Positions 59,884 to 64,000 of a DNA stretch of 64,000 bases are shown here, in pieces (position 1 is the stretch's first letter; each line of letters starts with the position of its first letter). The DNA is taken from positions 1 to 64,000 of the IMG/VR virus record IMGVR_UViG_3300028676_000003; one strand, 5' to 3'. The translations under genes and the position numbers were made by a program. The notes below the pieces were generated by a model. It had not been told where the DNA came from. It worked only from the letters and a program-made list of their open reading frames with translations, and searched no databases.

Positions 59884-60831
59884 ATGAAAAAAATCATTCT
59901 TTCTATAGCTTTAGCTATTGGTCTTGTGTCTTGTCAAGATTCTCCAAGACAAACTTCTTATGTTCAACAACAACCTGCTCAAGAAGTAGTTGTTACACCA
60001 GCGAATACTCAAGTGGGTGACAACCTAGACTTACAGAGCCTTGGTGAACTTGTTAAGCAATCAGCTAACGCACAAGACATAGAAAATAAATTAAACTCAA
60101 GCGGCTCTATCAACAACCTAGACTTGGATGGTGACGGACAAGTAGACTACATCAAGGTAAATGAAGTTTCTGCAAACGGAACCAAAGGATTTGAATTTCT
60201 TGTAGATACAAACGGAACACCTCAACAAGTTGCTGTTGTAAACCTTCAACAAAATGCTGGTGTTGTACAAGTTAATATTCAAGGAAACCAAGACATATAT
60301 GGTCCTCAAGCTTATTATACTTCATCTCACGCACTTCGTGACCTTATGATTATGAATTATTTATATTCATACCACAGACCTTATTATAGCCCATACCACT
60401 ATGGTTACTACCCAAGAACATATCGTTCATACAGAGCGGTTCCTGTAAATAACTATAGAAGCTCTAGGGTTACAACAAGAACTACAAGAACATATTCACG
60501 TCCTAGTGCAACTAGAACCCAAAGAAATTCTTCATTTGGAAATTCAACTTACAAGGCTAGACCTGTAACTGCGTCTACAAACAGAACACGTAGCATGGCG
60601 AGACCAACTGGTTCTCAAAAGTCATTTAGTGTAACTAGTACTGCTAAATCAAGACCTAGTACAAGTGGATTTGGAAGTCAAAAAGCATCAAGACCTAGTT
60701 CTTATACTTCAAGACCGAGTTCATCTTATACATCTAAGCCATCTCGTTCTTATACCTCACCAAGTAGAAGCAATTCTTCAAGAAGCAGTTCATTTGGTTC
60801 ATCATCACGTAGCGGTTCAAGAAGAAGATAA
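59884..60831 (+). CDS. lipoprotein with Arg/Ser-rich disordered tail
   Basis: LVSC lipobox; NNLDLDGDGQVDYIKV EF-hand-like loop; promoter box 59841-59848. Confidence 0.8.
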   Translation: MKKIILSIALAIGLVSCQDSPRQTSYVQQQPAQEVVVTPANTQVGDNLDLQSLGELVKQSANAQDIENKLNSSGSINNLDLDGDGQVDYIKVNEVSANGTKGFEFLVDTNGTPQQVAVVNLQQNAGVVQVNIQGNQDIYGPQAYYTSSHALRDLMIMNYLYSYHRPYYSPYHYGYYPRTYRSYRAVPVNNYRSSRVTTRTTRTYSRPSATRTQRNSSFGNSTYKARPVTASTNRTRSMARPTGSQKSFSVTSTAKSRPSTSGFGSQKASRPSSYTSRPSSSYTSKPSRSYTSPSRSNSSRSSSFGSSSRSGSRRR

Positions 60832-61037
60832 TGACCCTAATACTCTTAGCAGTTTTTTTTTACATTCTTATTGGTCTAATCCTTTTCTTTGGACAAGACA
60901 TTTGGGCCCGTGAGAATGATTCTGATTACGAAGACATGACACCATATGAATGGCTTCAATACTTTTTCATTAGTGTTGTGTCTTGGGGACCAGCTCTTAT
61001 TGAGTTTTGGTTTCACCTTTATAAAAATAAAAAATAA
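60831..61037 (+). CDS. small membrane protein
   Basis: Two TM helices. Confidence 0.7.
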   Translation: MTLILLAVFFYILIGLILFFGQDIWARENDSDYEDMTPYEWLQYFFISVVSWGPALIEFWFHLYKNKK

Positions 61038-61046
61038 AATTTACAT

Positions 61047-61886
61047 ATGAAAAGATATCCTTTTCCTGTCAAAGACAGAGTTAGATACATGGGTCTTGTT
61101 TTATTAAATGAGATTATAAATTTTCAGCATTATTTCCCTGTACGCTTACAAGGTCATGATGCTTATCTTAAGCCTTACTTGGCACAAATGCAAGTAAGCG
61201 GAATCCTTGAGATTAAAGATAATCAATACATTCCTACACTTGCTGGTCGTATTGAGCTTCAGAACTTCTATGATAGATATCAAGAGTTCTTGCAGATGTT
61301 TGACATTTATTGTGCTGTAGACTTGGAAGCTGGAGAATTTGCTTTTTCTAGCAAAAACGACGAAGCTTTCGTTGATAGTGATGATGAGTGGTTTGCTTTC
61401 TTAAATGAAGAGCGTTTTAGTGATGTTCGTGTGGCTGTTGCTGATTTCAAAGGGATTAATCCTAATGAGATTGTATTTATGTCATTCTTGCAAGAGAGAC
61501 GCTTTGATATCGTGGATGCTGACGGAAATGAAATCGACGGTTGGCAATATGCCTTGACTGACGAAGCTGGTGTTTGGCAAGAAATCGAAGACATTACAGA
61601 TTCTGCAATTCCTGTGGAGCACTTGTTGCCTAATGGAGTTCTTGAAGATGTTATCAAGCAAGGAACTCAAATTGCCATGGATATTATCAAGGAAGCTGAT
61701 GAATTGGACCGTCAGGACCAAGAGGCTGAAGATGCATTCTATGATGAGCAAGACGAAGTAATCGAAGAGGTTACTGAGTATGTCGAGGTTGTGGAGTTAC
61801 CTTATTACGAATATGAGTATTACGAGCCTTATTATGACCCGTATTACATTAGCCCAATTTGGCTGTTGCCAGTATTATTATGGTAA
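61047..61886 (+). CDS. acidic hypothetical protein
   Basis: 279 aa with Tyr/Glu-rich tail. Confidence 0.75.
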   Translation: MKRYPFPVKDRVRYMGLVLLNEIINFQHYFPVRLQGHDAYLKPYLAQMQVSGILEIKDNQYIPTLAGRIELQNFYDRYQEFLQMFDIYCAVDLEAGEFAFSSKNDEAFVDSDDEWFAFLNEERFSDVRVAVADFKGINPNEIVFMSFLQERRFDIVDADGNEIDGWQYALTDEAGVWQEIEDITDSAIPVEHLLPNGVLEDVIKQGTQIAMDIIKEADELDRQDQEAEDAFYDEQDEVIEEVTEYVEVVELPYYEYEYYEPYYDPYYISPIWLLPVLLW

Positions 61887-61975
61887 ACGTATTTACATGT
61901 TTATTAGCTACGATAGTAGTTTTTATACTTTTCGAAGTAATTGGAGATTTTATAATGAAATGGTTTAATCGATAA
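61880..61975 (+). CDS. 31-aa single-TM microprotein
   Basis: MVNVFTCLLATIVVFILFEVIGDFIMKWFNR*. Confidence 0.55.
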   Translation: MVNVFTCLLATIVVFILFEVIGDFIMKWFNR

Positions 61976-61978
61976 AAG

Positions 61979-62068
61979 ATGGAGAATTGGATATATTTTC
62001 TTGGCGGTGTTGTTGTAACAATTATCGTCGGTCTATTTGTAATCTATCGATTATTTAGACATTGGTAA
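61979..62068 (+). CDS. 29-aa single-TM microprotein
   Basis: MENWIYFLGGVVVTIIVGLFVIYRLFRHW*. Confidence 0.6.
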   Translation: MENWIYFLGGVVVTIIVGLFVIYRLFRHW

Positions 62069-62079
62069 TATTTATCATT

Positions 62080-62190
62080 ATGAATGATTTTTTTACATCA
62101 CTAATAATTTGTGGAATAACGACTCTAATCGTTGGTATTCTGCTATACTTTATAATTTATTTTATCAGAGAGATTCTGAGACTAAAATAA
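62080..62190 (+). CDS. 36-aa single-TM microprotein
   Basis: MNDFFTSLIICGITTLIVGILLYFIIYFIREILRLK*. Confidence 0.6.
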   Translation: MNDFFTSLIICGITTLIVGILLYFIIYFIREILRLK

Positions 62191-62192
62191 GA

Positions 62193-62318
62193 ATGACAAT
62201 AATTTATGACATATTACTTGGGCTTTCATCGTATTTGATTACGATGCCCTTGTACTATGTCATCATCTTTTTAATACACAAATACTATGGTTCTAGAAAT
62301 AAAAGACCTAATAGCTAA
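62193..62318 (+). CDS. 41-aa single-TM microprotein
   Basis: MTIIYDILLGLSSYLITMPLYYVIIFLIHKYYGSRNKRPNS*. Confidence 0.55.
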   Translation: MTIIYDILLGLSSYLITMPLYYVIIFLIHKYYGSRNKRPNS

Positions 62319-62607
62319 GCTACACGAACTTGGACACAAGGTGGAAGTTCAAGATGAACGCCCAACGTTCTATACAGGCAGTTCGGGATTCATCTCAACG
62401 AATGAAAAGGTTCTACTTGAACACAAGCTTTCTAAGAAGCTAACTTTCTTTAAAGGGGATTCTTTACAAGATTCTTTTATAAATCTCTCAGAGGCTCTTA
62501 AAATAGCTAAGCGGCTTGATGTAATTAATAGAGAAGGCTTATATTCGAAAGATGTTATGGATATTGCTTCATACATCGATGGTCTAGGCCCTATCAACGA
62601 GGAATAA
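62287..62607 (+). CDS. hypothetical protein
   Basis: 106-aa ORF. Confidence 0.65.
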   Translation: MVLEIKDLIAKLHELGHKVEVQDERPTFYTGSSGFISTNEKVLLEHKLSKKLTFFKGDSLQDSFINLSEALKIAKRLDVINREGLYSKDVMDIASYIDGLGPINEE

Positions 62608-62626
62608 TTCATATACCTTATAAAAC

Positions 62627-62664
62627 AAAACCACCTTTGAAATTACTTCTTAGGTGGTTTTTTA
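62627..62664. terminator. bidirectional terminator between converging genes
   Basis: AAAACCACCT/AGGTGGTTTT inverted repeat. Confidence 0.7.
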
Positions 62665-63278
62665 TTCTTAGGTGTCTTTGTAGCCGCCTTTGGCTTAGCC
62701 TTTGGAGGTAACTTGTTGATTTTCAGACTCTTTGAGCCAGGAATCGACTTAGCCTTCGGCTTCTTTTTCTTATACTTCTTCACTTCAAATATCCTTTTAT
62801 CGGTCTCTTTTAACTTGATATTATAAGGTGCTTCTTCTAGAATGCTTAGGTCTAATAGCCATTGATACTTAGACCTTTCTTTATGTATGATGAAAGACAT
62901 TTGTATATGGTCAAGGATTTGTTCTTTGGTCCATTTGTTTACCATAGCTAGTTGAATCATGCAAGGTAGTTGCTTCCCAATCTTTATTGCTCGGCCGATG
63001 TGCTTTACTTGGTGGCAAGTCGGGCAAAGGGAAATAAGGCCAGTTAATTTTTGGATATGGGTTTCGTCGTCGTAGTGCCAAATCTCGTGACATTCTACAT
63101 TATGTTTATATCCTTGGTTTTTTCCTGTGTCTCCACAGATTTCACATTGGTTCTTGGCTTTCTCGTATGAGATGAATCTTATCTTGTCCCATTCTGACGA
63201 TGTTACGGTTGTTCTTACGTTCGAAAAGTGGCAAGTTGATGGAATTAGTTCTACTGTTAATTTTGGTTGTTTAGGCAT
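62643..63278 (-). CDS. HNH-like endonuclease with Lys-rich tail
   Basis: CEICG...VECHEIW...LCPTCHQVKH. Confidence 0.75.
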   Translation of the reverse strand: MPKQPKLTVELIPSTCHFSNVRTTVTSSEWDKIRFISYEKAKNQCEICGDTGKNQGYKHNVECHEIWHYDDETHIQKLTGLISLCPTCHQVKHIGRAIKIGKQLPCMIQLAMVNKWTKEQILDHIQMSFIIHKERSKYQWLLDLSILEEAPYNIKLKETDKRIFEVKKYKKKKPKAKSIPGSKSLKINKLPPKAKPKAATKTPKNKKPPKK

Positions 63279-63721
63279 TGAATATTGAAGTGTTCTTTAA
63301 ATTGTCTTCGTGGTATAAGATAGCCGTGGGTTGCGCTTCCTATGTCGCCAGCATTCTTAATTACACGAAAATTGTTATTATTTATTAGTTGTCTTAAATC
63401 GTTGGACTTGATGAACCATATTTCATTTAAGAATGGGAAGTAGTTTACGAACCAATCAGCTTGTGTAACGGAGATTCCTGAGTCTTTGCCTCTTGAGTGG
63501 AATTCAACGAAAATGTTTCCAGTATCTTTTTCAGGCTTACATATTACGTCAGTCTTAATCTCATAGGTAATTTCTTTTCCTTCCTTAAGCATCTTGATAT
63601 CGTATTTGTTATTGTTGTTTGAATCGACGTGGGTTAGTCCCTTATATTCTAAGAATTCAACGATGTGTTGTTCTCCTTCTATACCTAGTTTTAGGTCTTG
63701 TCTGAAATTTAAATTTGCCAT
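63257..63721 (-). CDS. PD-(D/E)XK nuclease-like phage protein
   Basis: YDIK...YEIKTD...TGNIFVEF...SGISVTQADW. Confidence 0.65.
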   Translation of the reverse strand: MANLNFRQDLKLGIEGEQHIVEFLEYKGLTHVDSNNNNKYDIKMLKEGKEITYEIKTDVICKPEKDTGNIFVEFHSRGKDSGISVTQADWFVNYFPFLNEIWFIKSNDLRQLINNNNFRVIKNAGDIGSATHGYLIPRRQFKEHFNIQCLNNQN

Positions 63722-63758
63722 AAGTTTTTTATCAAATATAACGTATTTAAAAAATCTG

Positions 63759-63998
63759 TCAAATATTAAGGACTTGTGTTATGAACTTATTGGCTTCTTC
63801 TTTGTTGAATGCGAATATCTTTTGGATTGAGTTTGAGACCTTGTTTTTAATGGCTCTTGTTGTTGGTTCATCGGCAAGAAGGTGTACTTGTCCATCATCG
63901 AAGATAATGGCTCTACGAAAACGCATATTGTGTTTTACTCTAGAGACAGTATAATTTTTTTGTATGAAATTAACTACGATTTTATTGAATTCGTCTTC
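63759..63998 (-). CDS. partial hypothetical protein (start outside window)
   Basis: Open minus frame EDEFNKIVV...QVLNI*. Confidence 0.65.
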   Translation of the reverse strand, partial: EDEFNKIVVNFIQKNYTVSRVKHNMRFRRAIIFDDGQVHLLADEPTTRAIKNKVSNSIQKIFAFNKEEANKFITQVLNI

Positions 63999-64000
63999 AT

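Noticed and set aside
458-63830. Most minus-strand or nested ORFs in the track (e.g. 14840-15382, 18729-19094, 34132-34434, 36035-36493, 63594-63830)
   Set aside because: They are shadows of better-supported opposite-strand genes or of non-coding islands, with no promoter or initiation context.
1-64000. Window-wide TAG reassignment (code 15)
   Set aside because: Long conserved genes are intact in code 11, and several genes end at TAG followed by a new start or promoter.
1-64000. Bacterial chromosome segment
   Set aside because: No housekeeping genes; short, unidirectional, mostly hypothetical ORFs are typical of a large phage.

Overview
AT-rich, gene-dense segment of a large (probably jumbo-type) phage genome with a Bacteroidota host. 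The host call rests on more than 35 promoters of the Bacteroidota TTTG(-33)/TAnnTTTG(-7) type, on lipoproteins and on an outer-membrane beta-barrel. There are no virion or replication genes, and almost everything up to 62.6 kb is on the + strand. Zone 1 (1-12.6 kb): accessory genes, including an HNH protein, an HExxH peptidase, a PPKW membrane family and a DUF6745 gene pair. Zone 2 (12.66-33.88 kb): a tandem array of about 110 translationally coupled micro-ORFs, mostly 45-85 aa. Nearly all begin with the junction motif ATG-NNN-NTA-GG (M-x-L/I/V-G), their bodies are hypervariable, and two promoter-led gene islands interrupt the array. This array is the best candidate for an undescribed system. 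Zone 3 (34.3-59.35 kb): a block bounded by two GC-richer non-coding islands and built from hairpin/promoter modules. It carries parS palindromes (one lies upstream in the array), a ParB-like gene, gp88-like, DUF932 and Cys-phosphatase genes, a three-copy small RNA family, and a cluster of aberrant tRNA-like RNAs that includes an amber (CUA) tRNA. Zone 4 (59.4-64 kb): a lipoprotein, membrane microproteins and converging nuclease-like genes. All family assignments come from motif recognition, not database searches.
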